A stretch of 64,000 bases of DNA from an uncultured Chloroflexia bacterium (GTDB lineage: Bacteria; Chloroflexota; Anaerolineae; JAAYZQ01). Positions 51,744 to 63,271 of this stretch are shown here, in pieces. Below the pieces are notes generated by a model that had not been told where the DNA came from, made no database searches, and saw only the letters and a list, made by a program, of their open reading frames with translations. The stretch covers positions 576,001 through 640,000 of the forward strand of contig CAVOXA010000014.1 in the NCBI GenBank assembly GCA_963700285.1. Reading direction: 5' to 3'. Each line of letters starts with the position of its first letter. Position 1 is the stretch's first letter. Position numbers and translations under genes: made by a program.

Positions 51744-52436
51744 ATGACGGTGATCCAGCGGATTGAGGTCCGGGAAACCAACTGCTACCTGCTGAAGGGC
51801 GAGGGGGGAACCATCCTTATCGATCCCGGCCCGCCAGGCGGTGCCTCGACTGTCGTGGCCGAAGCCGAAAAAGCTGGCGTTCAGCCCACGGACGTCCGAC
51901 TGATCCTCATCAGTCATGGGCACCTGGACCACTATGGCGCCGCGAAAGAGGTCAAGGCGTGGTGTGGCGCGCCCATCGCAGCCTATCACAGCGAACCAGC
52001 CTTCAGTCAAGACCGCCGCAATGCCCTGCCACCGGCCCAGACCCTGCGGGGCAGCGTGGTTCGCTGGCTCTACCTTCTCCTCTCACCTTTGGCCCACCTC
52101 CAGCCACTTGAAGCAGACCACCTTCTGGGCGATGGTTCGAGTCTGGCCCAGTTTGGTGTGGATGCCCGGGTAATGCTGATACCTGGCCACTCGCCAGGCT
52201 CCTTGGCCGTAGTCACTGGCGATGGCGACGCTGTTGTCGGCGATCTTGTTGTCAACTATAGCGTGCCCAGCCAGCCAATCTACCTCTCAGACCGTAAAGC
52301 CTGGCAGCAAAGCTACGAGCGCATTGTGGTGTTGAGCCCGCGCATGGTCTACGTTGGCCATGGCGAGCCTTTTTCAGGGGTCAAGCTGGATCCCATCCAT
52401 CCCGCCCGCTACCAACTGCGTTGGTGGGTGAGGTAG
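51744..52436 (+). CDS. Metallo-beta-lactamase-fold hydrolase
   Basis: SHGHLDH, PGHSPG, VGD and GHG motifs. Confidence 0.88.
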   Translation: MTVIQRIEVRETNCYLLKGEGGTILIDPGPPGGASTVVAEAEKAGVQPTDVRLILISHGHLDHYGAAKEVKAWCGAPIAAYHSEPAFSQDRRNALPPAQTLRGSVVRWLYLLLSPLAHLQPLEADHLLGDGSSLAQFGVDARVMLIPGHSPGSLAVVTGDGDAVVGDLVVNYSVPSQPIYLSDRKAWQQSYERIVVLSPRMVYVGHGEPFSGVKLDPIHPARYQLRWWVR

Positions 52437-52458
52437 TTATCCCGCGTAGGAGACATCA

Positions 52459-52737
52459 ATGTCCGATGGATTGCGAGTTTTTCTCAGTACCTTCGCCCTA
52501 CTTTTTGTCGCGGAGCTGGGTGACAAGACCCAATTGGCCGTGATCAGCATGACGGCCAAACACAAAATGCCCATCTGGGTCTTTGTCGGTGCAGCGCTGG
52601 CCCTGGTCGCAGTCACACTGCTGGGCGTCGTCGGCGGCGAGGTCTTGACCCGCTTCATCCCGGAGATGGTATTGCGCAAGGCTGCCGCCGTGCTCTTTAT
52701 CGTCATGGGCGTGCTGATGTGGTTTGAGATCCTGTAA
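52459..52737 (+). CDS. TMEM165/GDT1 (UPF0016) family transporter, single-repeat form
   Basis: AELGDKTQL motif; three TM helices. Confidence 0.9.
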   Translation: MSDGLRVFLSTFALLFVAELGDKTQLAVISMTAKHKMPIWVFVGAALALVAVTLLGVVGGEVLTRFIPEMVLRKAAAVLFIVMGVLMWFEIL

Positions 52738-52914
52738 TAAAAGTGCCCGTATGTGGTCTGGCTTGCATACAATGCAGCCCAAGCATTCTATGATCGAATC
52801 TATATTGGATAGCACAGGCACTTTTGTTCTGTCGCGCCAGTGCGCCACGGTTGGGTGATAGGACTGGTTGGTACAACACCTCCTGGCTGAGAGTGCGACA
52901 CGGAAAGGCGAATC

Positions 52915-53322
52915 ATGGCAAGAAATGTGACAAGAAGCGACAAAGAGTGGCGCGAACTGCTGGACGCGGAACAGTATCGGGTCACACGGCAGAAAGGGAC
53001 AGAGCGCCCTTTCAGCGGCCAATACTACCACCTCAAGGATCCAGGCAAGTATTTGTGCGTGGGCTGTGGCAACGAACTCTTTGATTCGGAGACCAAGTAC
53101 GAGTCTGGATCTGGGTGGCCGAGCTTTTGGGCGCCGATCTCGGAGGCGAATATCGATACGGAAAGAGATATCAGCCTGGGCATGACCCGGACCGAAGTGC
53201 TGTGTGACAGATGTGGCGCCCATCTGGGTCACATGTTCGAGGACGGTCCCCAACCAACAGGTCTCCGCTACTGCATCAATTCCGCCGCCTTGAGTTTTGC
53301 TGCCGACGATTCTAAGGAATAG
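52915..53322 (+). CDS. msrB: Peptide-methionine (R)-S-oxide reductase
   Basis: [21 protein letters not shown] and RYCINS motifs; two CxxC zinc motifs. Confidence 0.95.
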   Translation: MARNVTRSDKEWRELLDAEQYRVTRQKGTERPFSGQYYHLKDPGKYLCVGCGNELFDSETKYESGSGWPSFWAPISEANIDTERDISLGMTRTEVLCDRCGAHLGHMFEDGPQPTGLRYCINSAALSFAADDSKE

Positions 53323-53333
53323 GAGCTGTTTGG

Positions 53334-54143
53334 ATGCAAAGTCCTGTGAGAATGGCGGTACTTCTTCTGGCAACAATGCTCCTTGCCGCTTGCACGACCG
53401 CTCAAGGAGGGAAAACTCTGGTGAACCTGTCCGGTAGTAACCAGCAGGTGGAAAACGTGAGCGAGAAAAACACGGTTACAGACGCGGCAGATGAAAACCC
53501 ACCCACGAACAAGGCAGAACCCATTCAGACCAGGACGGCAACCTTTGCGTTAGGCTGATTTTGGGGACCAGACTCCCGGTTCGGGAGCCTTCCAGGAGTA
53601 GTACGCACCCGCGTGGGCTATGCCGGTGGGACCAAAGCAGATCCCACCTATCGGAGTCTGGGTGACCACAGCGAAACGATTCAGATCGACTATGACCCGG
53701 CCATAATCTCCTACGAGGAGTTGTTGGCAGTATTCTGGAACAGCCACAGCCCCACGTCACGACCCTTTTCCCAGCAGTACGCGTCCATCATCTTCTACCA
53801 CGACGAGGAGCAGGAGCAGCTTGCCACCCAATCAAGGGCTCAGGAGTCCGCCAGGCGCGGAGAGCAAGTGTTCACCGAGATCCGCCCTTTCTCCGAGTTC
53901 TACCTGGCCGAGGACTACCACCAGAAGTACTGGCTGCAGCAAGCGCCGGATCTGATGGAGCAGTTTCGTACCATCTATCCTGACACCGCGGATTTTTTCA
54001 ACTCGACGGCTGCGGCCCGCATGAATGGGTACGCCGGCGGAAACTCCACAGCCGCAGATCTGCAGTCAGCCCTGGCCGAATCGGGTCTGTCCACAGAAGC
54101 GCAGAAGAAGCTGCTTGAAATCGTGTCCAACGGCAGGCGCTAG
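53334..54143 (+). CDS. msrA: Selenocysteine-containing MsrA lipoprotein
   Basis: ORFs 53334..53558 and 53613..54143 are in frame across TGA 53556-53558: ATFALG-U-FWGPDSRFG..VGYAGG..HSETIQ..AEDYHQKY; lipobox LLAAC. Confidence 0.92.
53573..53587 (+). promoter_or_regulatory. Putative SECIS element of msrA
   Basis: CTCCC-GGTTC-GGGAG; loop begins 19 nt after the UGA. Confidence 0.78.
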
Positions 54144-54260
54144 AGCCTCCGGCACTCGGGCCAGGAGTGGAGTCCAGTGACTCCACCCTGGCCAAAGCAC
54201 CTCCCATAGTACGCCATCCGGCAGTCCTGAACAACATCAAAGTGGTGGAGGCGATGGCCA

Positions 54261-55013
54261 ATGCATTTTGATATCCTGACCCTGTTTCCCAACCTGTTCG
54301 CTGGAGTATTCGAAGAGAGTATCACCCTGCGCGCCCGCGAGGTCGGACTGCTCACCATCAGCATCCACAACATCCGCGACTATGCGGCCGGGCGCCACCG
54401 CGTCACAGATGACACACCCTACGGTGGTGGGGGAGGCATGGTCATGAAGCCCGAGCCACTCTTTGCCGCCGTGGAAAGCATATTGGGCGACGGCATGGAT
54501 ACCACACCAATCATCATGCTCAGTCCCCAGGGGCGGCGTTTTACCCAGCAGGTGGCCCGTGAACTGGCTCGCCAGCAGGCGCGGCTACTGCTAATCTGCG
54601 GTCGCTATGAGGGCGTGGATGAACGGGTCCACCAGTATCTGGTTACGGACGAAATATCGATTGGCGACTATGTCCTATCAGGCGGCGAAGTGCCAGCCAT
54701 GGTCCTTGTCGAAGCGATCACCCGCCTGATCCCAGGGGTACTGGGCGACCCGTCGGCAACTTTTGAAGATTCACATGCAGAGGGGCTGCTGGAGTACCCT
54801 CAATACACCCGCCCACCTACTTTCCGCGGCCATTCTGTACCAGACGTCCTATTGTCCGGCCATCACGCCAAGATCGTACGCTGGCGGAGGCAGCAGGCAC
54901 TGCGTCGTACTCGAGAGCGCCGGCCGGACCTTCTGCAAAACGCTCGCCTTAGCAGCGAAGACCAGGCCCTTCTGTGCCAGATTGAGGCCGAAAGCGAACC
55001 ACCGGCCCAATAA
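54261..55013 (+). CDS. trmD: tRNA (guanine37-N1)-methyltransferase
   Basis: [33 protein letters not shown] and LEYPQYTRP motifs. Confidence 0.97.
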   Translation: MHFDILTLFPNLFAGVFEESITLRAREVGLLTISIHNIRDYAAGRHRVTDDTPYGGGGGMVMKPEPLFAAVESILGDGMDTTPIIMLSPQGRRFTQQVARELARQQARLLLICGRYEGVDERVHQYLVTDEISIGDYVLSGGEVPAMVLVEAITRLIPGVLGDPSATFEDSHAEGLLEYPQYTRPPTFRGHSVPDVLLSGHHAKIVRWRRQQALRRTRERRPDLLQNARLSSEDQALLCQIEAESEPPAQ

Positions 55014-55014
55014 C

Positions 55015-55043
55015 TTGCCTTTTCGGACGATTCATGTTATAAT
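55015..55043 (+). promoter_or_regulatory. sigma70-type promoter
   Basis: TTGCCT, 17 nt spacer, TATAAT with extended -10 TG. Confidence 0.65.
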
Positions 55044-55081
55044 CTGCTTGTTTCCTACATCAGGTCAACGGCAGAAGAGAC

Positions 55082-56743
55082 ATGAAATCCACTGAGACCA
55101 AGGCGACGTCCAGGGGACCAAGACCAAAGGGATCAGGCCCCGACCGGCTGACCCTGATCCTGATTGGGCTGGCCATCTTTTTTTCTGCTGTGGCGGCACT
55201 GCTCACGCTTGACATCCTGCTTTCGTCCGAGCCTGATGGCCAGATAGTCAGATCTCCTAGCCCGGCCACGGACACGCTGACCTATAGTGCTCCCCCGGCA
55301 ACTCCGATGGCGACAGTCACACCCGGTACACCCCCTCCGTGCGTCGCGCCCCAGGATTGGGGCACATACGTTGTCCAAGAAGGCGACACGCTCTATTCCC
55401 TTGCTGAAGAATCGGGGACCGACTTTCAGACCCTCAAGCGCGTGAACTGCTTGCAGAGATCCAACATTTGGGTTGGGCAGGAACTCTATGTGCTCGGGCC
55501 GCTAGCGCTGCCAACCTTCGCGACAGCTACGCCGGGCCAAGCCGCTGCCATCAGTGCCCCTGGGACACCAGAACCCGAGGCCACGATGGGTTCCGAGCCC
55601 GAATCCCAACAGGCCTCAGTGGAACCCATGACGGCCTTTGAGATCGACATCCCGAACCGTTTTGTCAACATTGTACTGCTGGGCACCGATGTGAACTTCC
55701 GGCGCCTGGATGGTACCTGGCGGACCGACAGCATCATCATCGCTTCGATAGACGTTGAGGATGGTTCTGTCGGCCTGCTGCACGTCCCTCGCGACCTGTG
55801 GGTCTACATCCCCAACTATGGCTACAACCGGATCAATACGGCGGATCTGTGGGGTGAACTGGACAAAGAAGGTGGTGGTCCAGAGAGGGTCAAGGAGACC
55901 ATCGAGTACAACTTGGGCATCCCCATCGACTACTATGTCAAGATGCATCGAGAGGGCTTCAAGAAGATCGTTGATACGCTTGGAGGCGTGGACATTGACG
56001 TTGCCTGTCCCCTGCCGGAATTGAGCCTGGACGCGGGCATGCACCACCTGGATGGTGAGATGGCCTACGAGTTCGTGCACACTCGGGAAACCAGCAGCGA
56101 CTATGATCGAGGCCGTCGCCAACGAAAAATGCTGATGGCTCTTTGGGAACAGGCGCTCACACCGGACATCATCACCAAACTACCACAACTGTGGGTCAGT
56201 ATGGGTGACACCTTCGAAACCGACATACCCATGGATCAAGCCCTGAACCTTGCTCGATTGGGCCTGCAGCTCAACTTCGAGGATATCGATACCAAAGCCA
56301 TCTCCGGCAAGGAAACCAAGAATTGGACCACGCCGGAGGGCCTCATGGTCCTTTTGCCCCGCGAGGAAGAACTGAAGATCCTCTTACAAGAATTCTATGC
56401 CCCAGACAAGCAGCCGGGACGCCAGGAAAAACGCGGCAAGATACGCGTGCAGGTGTTAAATGGGACAAATCGCCCCGATGCCGAACAACTGGCTGCGTCA
56501 GAACTAAAGCGGGAGGGGTACAAGATTGTCGGCAAGGATGTAGCCAATCGGCGTGACTATCGCCGTACTCAGATCATCGTACGCAGGGGTGATCCGGCTG
56601 CAGGCGAGAGCATAGCGCGCCAGTTGGGTATTCCTGTCGATTCCGTCCAGGATGAGACCAATGTGCCAGATCCGCCCAACCCCTCAGACCAGGTGGATAT
56701 CAGGATGATCCTGGGTACAGACTACGATCCCTGCCAGCGCTAA
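55082..56743 (+). CDS. LCP (LytR-CpsA-Psr) family protein with LysM and LytR_C domains
   Basis: TM; YVVQEGDTLYSLA (LysM); LLGTD..RTDS..PRDLWV..DYDRGRRQ (LCP); VQVLNGT (LytR_C). Confidence 0.9.
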   Translation: MKSTETKATSRGPRPKGSGPDRLTLILIGLAIFFSAVAALLTLDILLSSEPDGQIVRSPSPATDTLTYSAPPATPMATVTPGTPPPCVAPQDWGTYVVQEGDTLYSLAEESGTDFQTLKRVNCLQRSNIWVGQELYVLGPLALPTFATATPGQAAAISAPGTPEPEATMGSEPESQQASVEPMTAFEIDIPNRFVNIVLLGTDVNFRRLDGTWRTDSIIIASIDVEDGSVGLLHVPRDLWVYIPNYGYNRINTADLWGELDKEGGGPERVKETIEYNLGIPIDYYVKMHREGFKKIVDTLGGVDIDVACPLPELSLDAGMHHLDGEMAYEFVHTRETSSDYDRGRRQRKMLMALWEQALTPDIITKLPQLWVSMGDTFETDIPMDQALNLARLGLQLNFEDIDTKAISGKETKNWTTPEGLMVLLPREEELKILLQEFYAPDKQPGRQEKRGKIRVQVLNGTNRPDAEQLAASELKREGYKIVGKDVANRRDYRRTQIIVRRGDPAAGESIARQLGIPVDSVQDETNVPDPPNPSDQVDIRMILGTDYDPCQR

Positions 56744-56969
56744 AGCTGGCAGCCGGGGAATTCCAACTCTCGGCGAAAAGCCGGCACGTGGACCTAACCA
56801 AAACGTGAACGCCACAGACATGTCGGCTCGCCGTCCTCAACTCCTCACTGTGCTTGCCCATTTATCCAAGTACGTAAGCAGCCTCCGAACGGCCTTCCGG
56901 ATTGCCCAATGGGGGCAATCTGTGCTATAATCCGCGCGTTTTCCAGGCCGGTCCGACCGCAAGGAAGGT

Positions 56970-59068
56970 ATGAGACTCATAGAACTCAGATCAAGCGATA
57001 GACAACCAAGGCCCAATGGTCGGCGCACGGACTGGATGACCTATTTGCTCATTGCGGCAGCCATTCTCCTGACGGCCGCGGCCGTGTTCATCGGTGCAGA
57101 TCTATGGATGCGCTCACCTTTCAGTAGGGCTATCGTCCAGGCGCTGGGTATGATAGATGCTCCTATCGCAGCCTCTGCCCAGCTCGAGGCAGGCGAGTCG
57201 CCAACCGCACAGGCTGCTTCGGCGGCGCCGCCTGTTGGCCAGCCTATCGTTGAACCTGGGATCGCCGGTCCCAACACTCCCCCGCCGTGCGTGCCCCCGA
57301 ACGACTGGGGCCTCCATATCGTCCAGAAGGGCAATACACTTCAAACCGTGGCAGATCGCTATGGCGCCGAGGTCAAGACCCTGATGCGAGTAAACTGCCT
57401 AAACACCCAGACCATCTTTGTCGGCCAGCGCCTGTATGTACCCGGCGGTCTGGCTTTCCCCATGCTGGAAACTCCCATGGAGGGCTGGCCCTTCACTCCC
57501 GACTCTGGCGGCGCAAAGCTGGCCAGCGCCGTGCCACCGGCGGACGCTCCCTCGGCGACACCAACGAGTACTCCAACCAGGACTCACGCGGCAATCCCGA
57601 CGACCCCGGCCGGATCGCGATCTGGACCCACAGCTACACCCAAACCTGGAGACTCTCGGATTAGCCCGACAACAGCCCCAGGGGAGACAGCCAACCCAGT
57701 CTCTTCAACCCCATCACCCATATCAGCCACGGATCTTGTGACAGCTACCTCGTCGATCCCCCTGGCCACCGATACCCCTGCCCCCACGGGCCCTCCGACT
57801 GCTATCGCGGCATCTGGGCTGGAGACAGGCATGCCGGACGCGCCGCTCCCCCCCTCGCCGGCTCAGCCGCAAGCGGACTCCAGCCGGCACCGCTGGCGCC
57901 TTCAGCCGAGATCAACATCCTTGCAGTCCAGATACCGACTCCAGCCGCCACAGCTACGCCCAAAAGCGCCTTCCAGGTCAATATCCCCAACCGTTATATC
58001 AACGTCGTCTTGCTGGGCTCAGACAAACGGCCCAACTCGGGCGCATGGCGCACAGACACCATGATTATCGCCTCACTGGACGTTGAGACCAACGTCGTGC
58101 GTCTCCTCTCCATCCCTCGTGACTTGTGGGTCTTTATCCCCGGGCATGGCTACAACCGGATCAACTCCGCGGAGTTGTGGGGCGAACTGGCCAGAAAGGG
58201 CAGTGGTACGGAGCGTGTAAAGCAAACGATCCACCATAACCTGGGGATCCCAATCCACTACTATGCTCGCGTTGATTTCAAGGGCTTTATGAAGATTGTG
58301 GATTTTGTCGGCGGCCTGGACATAGATGTGGCCTGCCCACTCCCTGATATCGAGCTCAAGCCTGGACTGCATCACATGGACGGACAGCAAGCTCTGCGCT
58401 TTGCCCGCTCCCGCAAGAGTACCAGCGACTATGACCGCGGCCGCCGCCAACGCAAAGTTCTATTAGCCCTCTGGGATCAGGCCCTTACCATGGACATGAT
58501 TCCCAAGCTACCAGGGTTGTGGGTGACCATGTCCGATGCGTTTGAGACAGATCTGCCGCTAGATCAGGTTCTCAATCTGGCCTACGTGGGTGTGCAGCTC
58601 AAGCCCCAACACATTCTTAGCAAAGCCATTACTCGCACACATGTCAAGGGCTGGAGGACGCCGGGAGGTGCCTCGGTCCTGCTGCCCCGCGAAGAAGAGA
58701 TCCGGACGCTACTGGAGAATTTCTATGCGCCAAAAGAACAGGCTGATCTCGATGGCGTGGACAAGGTTGGGGTTCAAGTTCTAAATGGGACAAGCCGCGG
58801 TCAAACCGCGGCCCTGGCTGCCTACGCCCTGCGTTGGGAGGGATTCAAAGTGATTGGTACCGGCCAAGCCGACAGCCAGGACAACGCCTACACGCAGATC
58901 CTTGTCCACAACGGAGACCTGGGCGCTGGAGAGGAAATAGCCCGACAGCTAGAGGTACCACTCACCGGCATTCAGGATCTGTCTGGCATCGGGGACAAGC
59001 CCGAAGTACCGGCATCGGTAAACATCCAAGTTATCCTGGGCAAAGACTATGACCCGTGCAAGAGGTAG
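56970..59068 (+). CDS. Second LysM-LCP-LytR_C protein with a long Pro/Thr linker (frameshift at about 57860-57900)
   Basis: ORFs 56970..58064 and 58010..59068 together are colinear with the upstream paralog (PPPCV.P.DWG, IPNRYINVVLLGSD, ILGKDYDPCKR). Confidence 0.85.
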
Positions 59069-59345
59069 GATGGGTAGCTGAATGCTTCGGACTGAGCACA
59101 TCCAGTCCAACAAGGATGCCCGTCCAGGGCTTCGTCCAAGCTGAACGGGCATCAGGATGAGAGGCCGGTTGGCGCCTACCCGCACCAGGATCCGGCTTCT
59201 CTTCACCAAGTATAACGCCACAATACAGTGAAAGGTTCACTTGGCTGGCATTGGCCTTTTGACGCCAGGTCGACCCATTAAGTCCACGCTGTCTGCGTTC
59301 TTGACAGACCACCGGACCCTCGCTATGCTGGCCCCGGAGGTGAAC

Positions 59346-60194
59346 ATGGTTGCTCAACCGGCACCCAACCAGAACCTGCTCCATAAAGAAGCCTATGCCG
59401 ACGACCGTCACCTGGATGTCCGCTACCGCACCCACCAGCTCTACACGGTCGACCCAATTGACTTTGGCCGATGGACACTGGAACAGCTTTGGTCAGATGC
59501 CACGTGGCGCAGGGGTGAGCGAGTGCTGGATGTAGGTTGCGCCCGGGGTGATCTACTCCGGGCCATGGCCAGCCAGCGCGAGGGCTGGGGCATTCTGGTG
59601 GGATGCGATCGCTCGCCAGGCATGATCGCCATAGGGCTCCAGTTGGTAGACGGTCTGCCCATCCAGCTATACGTGGGTGACGCCCAAGCCTTGCCGATGC
59701 CAGACAGAGCCTTCGACGTCGTGATGGCCCGGCATATGCTCTACCACGTACCGGACATCGACAGCGCGATCGCAGAGGCGGCGCGTGTGTTGCTGCCTGG
59801 CGGCCGCTTTCTCGTTACCACCAACAGCGCTCACACCATGCCCGAATACTGGGAAGTACGAGATCGGGCTGGTCACCGGTTCCCCGCCATGGCCCCCGTC
59901 GAGAACGTCAATGAGCGATTCTCCCTGGAGAACGGCGGGGCCTACCTGGAACCCTATTTCGATCAGGTTGAGGTACATAGCCTGTATGGCACCTTGCGCT
60001 TCCCCAGCGCCGGACCTTTTGTAGACTATTTCGCCAGCACCCGCGCGCTCACCATGCATCCGGACCACACCGATTCCGAATGGCAAGCCGTCGTCGACTT
60101 TGTTCAGGCAGAAGCCGAGGGGATTATTGCCCGAGAGGGACGATTGGACGTGACCAAGGTTACGGGCGCCATCGTGGCGGTCAAGGGAAGCTGA
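59346..60194 (+). CDS. Class I SAM-dependent methyltransferase
   Basis: VLDVGCARG, GDAQALP and HMLYHVPD motifs; GGAGGTG RBS. Confidence 0.88.
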   Translation: MVAQPAPNQNLLHKEAYADDRHLDVRYRTHQLYTVDPIDFGRWTLEQLWSDATWRRGERVLDVGCARGDLLRAMASQREGWGILVGCDRSPGMIAIGLQLVDGLPIQLYVGDAQALPMPDRAFDVVMARHMLYHVPDIDSAIAEAARVLLPGGRFLVTTNSAHTMPEYWEVRDRAGHRFPAMAPVENVNERFSLENGGAYLEPYFDQVEVHSLYGTLRFPSAGPFVDYFASTRALTMHPDHTDSEWQAVVDFVQAEAEGIIAREGRLDVTKVTGAIVAVKGS

Positions 60195-60274
60195 ACTTTG
60201 GCAGGATCTGTGGAACCAACCCCAGATCGCCTTGGCTGCTCCGCAGCGTGCGGGCACTTCTCAGGGCGGGTGGA

Positions 60275-62152
60275 ATGAATCTTCGCAAGGCTCGTTGGGA
60301 GACCTTGGGATTGGTCCTGATCCTCCTAGCGGGTGCAACATTGAGGCTGTACGGGCTGAACTGGGATGGCGGCCACTGGCTGCACCCCGACGAGCGGCAG
60401 ATCTATTTTGTCACGATTGACCTGGGCTGGCCAAGCAGTCTGGCCGAGGCTCTGAGCCCGGACAGCCCGCTCAACCCTGGTTTTTTTGCCTACGGCTCCC
60501 TGCCCTTCTACTTGCTGAAACTGGTGGCTGTCCTCCTAGCAACTCTTTGGCCCGCCCTCGGCGACCCCAACAACCTGCACCTAGTTGGACGCCCTATCGC
60601 CGCTCTCTTTGATCTAGGTACCATCTACCTCACCTACCGCTTGGCCTCGATGCTTCTGCCGCCCTCACGCAGGCGGGGTGGACTGGAGTCTGGCGCGCTG
60701 CTGCCGGCCGCTCTGGCCAGCCTGGCCGTCCTGCACGTGCAACTCGCCCATTTCTACACATCCGACCCTCTCCTCACCTTCTTTGTTTTGCTCACTTTGA
60801 ACCTGGCTGTTGATGTAGCCCGCGGCGGCAGGCGCGGGCGCCAGGCGGCATTGGGCATTGCCTTTGGGCTGGCCATGAGCACCAAGGTTGTTGCAGCCCT
60901 ACTGATCGTACCCATTTTTGCCGCCTGCTATATGCGAGCCACCAGGGGCAGGATACCAGAACCAGGAGAAGAAGCCCAACCATCGAGCCTTCTACCGCCC
61001 GTGTCTGCGGCCATCCGCTGCGCGATCCCGGGATTGGTCCTGGCAGCCTGTGTCTTTATCATCGTCCAGCCCTACGCGCTCATCGACTGGCGAACCTTCC
61101 TGGGGGACACAATGCGCGAGTCGCAGATTGCCTGGGGCTGGCTCGATGCCCCTTACACCCGGCAGTATGCCGGCACCCTACCCTATCTCTACTCCATGTG
61201 GCAGGCAGCGCTGTGGGGCATGGTCTTGCCCTTCGGCTTGGCCGCATGGGCCGCTCTGGGCGTAACCCTGATCCGCTGGATACGCGGTGGTGCTTGGGCC
61301 ACCGCCCAGCTTCTGGCCTGGGCCGGTCCCTACCTGGCTTTCACCGGGTTACTGTACGCGAAATACCTCCGATATATGCTGCCGCTCGTACCCATCCTCT
61401 GCATACTGGTCGCTCAAATTATCTCCACTCGCAAGCCCGAAGAGGCTTTGTCCGCAGAGCCCGCGCCCGCTATCCCTCCCCCATCGTCTGTTGTCCGCCG
61501 TCCGTCGTCCATCCTGCATGCTCCATCAGTTGTTACCGCAATCGTTGTACTGCTGCTTCTTGTCTCATTGGCCTACGCCCTGGCCTTCGCGAGTATCTAC
61601 ATCGAGCCCCACACCTGGATCACGGCTTCGAAGTGGTTCTACGAGCACGCGCCAGCAGACAGCGTGCTGGCCCTGGAGGAATGGGACACGGCGTTGCCAC
61701 TGCCGCTGGAAATCGACGGACAGTCGCGGCGCATTGAGGAGTATAACACACACACGTTGGCCCTCTATAGTGAACCAGACGATGATACAAAGTGGCAGCG
61801 GATTACGGCCAATTTGGCTCAAAGCGATTATGTCATCATCGCCAGCCGTCGCCTCTACGGTTCCATCCCCCGTCAACCCGCTCGCTATCCACTGACCACC
61901 CACTATTACGAACGTCTTTTTTCTGGTGAACTCGGCTTTGAGCTAGCTATGGAATTCACCCGCGGCCCAAGCTGGCTCAACCCGCGCCTGCCGCCACTGC
62001 CCGGCGCTGCCCCGCAGCTACTCCTGCCCGACGAGAGCTTTGTCGTCTACGATCACCCACGGACATTGATCTTTCACAACGTCGAGAACCTGCCAGCAGG
62101 GGAGCTGATGCGCCGGCTGCAGCGACCACTCTGGCGGGACAATTCGCCATGA
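60275..62152 (+). CDS. GT-C membrane glycosyltransferase (PMT/GT39-like)
   Basis: LHPDER, FFAYGSLP and KYLRYMLP motifs; multiple TM helices. Confidence 0.8.
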   Translation: MNLRKARWETLGLVLILLAGATLRLYGLNWDGGHWLHPDERQIYFVTIDLGWPSSLAEALSPDSPLNPGFFAYGSLPFYLLKLVAVLLATLWPALGDPNNLHLVGRPIAALFDLGTIYLTYRLASMLLPPSRRRGGLESGALLPAALASLAVLHVQLAHFYTSDPLLTFFVLLTLNLAVDVARGGRRGRQAALGIAFGLAMSTKVVAALLIVPIFAACYMRATRGRIPEPGEEAQPSSLLPPVSAAIRCAIPGLVLAACVFIIVQPYALIDWRTFLGDTMRESQIAWGWLDAPYTRQYAGTLPYLYSMWQAALWGMVLPFGLAAWAALGVTLIRWIRGGAWATAQLLAWAGPYLAFTGLLYAKYLRYMLPLVPILCILVAQIISTRKPEEALSAEPAPAIPPPSSVVRRPSSILHAPSVVTAIVVLLLLVSLAYALAFASIYIEPHTWITASKWFYEHAPADSVLALEEWDTALPLPLEIDGQSRRIEEYNTHTLALYSEPDDDTKWQRITANLAQSDYVIIASRRLYGSIPRQPARYPLTTHYYERLFSGELGFELAMEFTRGPSWLNPRLPPLPGAAPQLLLPDESFVVYDHPRTLIFHNVENLPAGELMRRLQRPLWRDNSP

Positions 62153-63271
62153 GTGACGAACAATGCTATAATTGGCCGCTTGGGAGGAGCTGTTTTGAAG
62201 AAAGCGCGTTTCTGGATAGGCATCCTGATCAGCGTCATTGCCCTGGCTCTGGCCTTTCGCCAGGTGAACTTTGCCGCTGTTCTGGCGGCCCTGGCAGGCG
62301 TCAACTACTGGCTGCTGGCCGCTTCCCTGGTGCCGCTGGTCCTGTTCCTGGTTCTACGAGCCTTTCGCTGGCGATTGTTATTCTACCCGAAGCAAGGGCT
62401 TCATATCCGCAACCTGTTTGCCGTCATTAACATCGGCTATCTCCTGAGCAACATCTTTCCCGCTCGCCTGGGAGATGTGGCCCGCGCCTATCTCATCGGC
62501 GATACAGAGGATGTAAGCCGTGCGTCCGCATTCTCGACCGTCGTCGCCGAGCGCGTACTGGATGCCCTGTGTGCTGTCGGTGGCTTTTTCATCATTCTGC
62601 CCTTTGCTCCTCTGCCCGACTGGATGATCCGAGGGGGTCTTGTCGTTGGGGCCGCGGCTGTGGTAGCCGTGGTAGTGTTTGTCATCCTGGTTCGCCGCAG
62701 GGAATGGACCCTTCGCCTGTTGGACCGCATCCTTCGCGCCCTGCACTGGCCGGGCTGCGATACGATGACCCTGTTCTGGGCCAGGCTGGGCGAGCGGACG
62801 CGTCTGGGCTTTGTCGCCCACCTCCCCTGGGCTGACCGGTCGCAATTGGGCAGCATGGCCGGCTCGCTCATCGACGGCTTCAGCGGCATCACAACCCTGC
62901 GGCTGGGCCCCCCTCTCCTCCTGTGGTCAGTCCTCATCTGGACCACGATCAGCGTTTACTACTGGATAGTCCTGCTGGCCTTTGAGTCAGGTCAGCCTTT
63001 TGTCGCCGGCCTCGCCGTCGCCTCGGTGACCGCCTTGGGCATGACCATACCAGCGTCCCCTGGCTACATTGGCGTATTCGAGTTCTTGACCCGCGAAACC
63101 CTGGTCCTCTTTGGTATGATGCCCGAGCTGGCTCTGGGGTACGCACTGGTGGCCCATGCTATCGTCTATATTGTGTACACAATCCTCGGCCTGTTGAGCA
63201 TGATCCAACAGAACCTGAGCTATACCGAAATCCAGCAGAAAATCTCTACGGAAGCCCAGTCGTCAACGTGA
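62153..63271 (+). CDS. Lysylphosphatidylglycerol synthase TM/UPF0104 flippase-like protein (start approximate)
   Basis: RAFRW, PARLGDVAR, ERVLD and PASPGYIGVFE motifs. Confidence 0.85.
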   Translation: MTNNAIIGRLGGAVLKKARFWIGILISVIALALAFRQVNFAAVLAALAGVNYWLLAASLVPLVLFLVLRAFRWRLLFYPKQGLHIRNLFAVINIGYLLSNIFPARLGDVARAYLIGDTEDVSRASAFSTVVAERVLDALCAVGGFFIILPFAPLPDWMIRGGLVVGAAAVVAVVVFVILVRRREWTLRLLDRILRALHWPGCDTMTLFWARLGERTRLGFVAHLPWADRSQLGSMAGSLIDGFSGITTLRLGPPLLLWSVLIWTTISVYYWIVLLAFESGQPFVAGLAVASVTALGMTIPASPGYIGVFEFLTRETLVLFGMMPELALGYALVAHAIVYIVYTILGLLSMIQQNLSYTEIQQKISTEAQSST

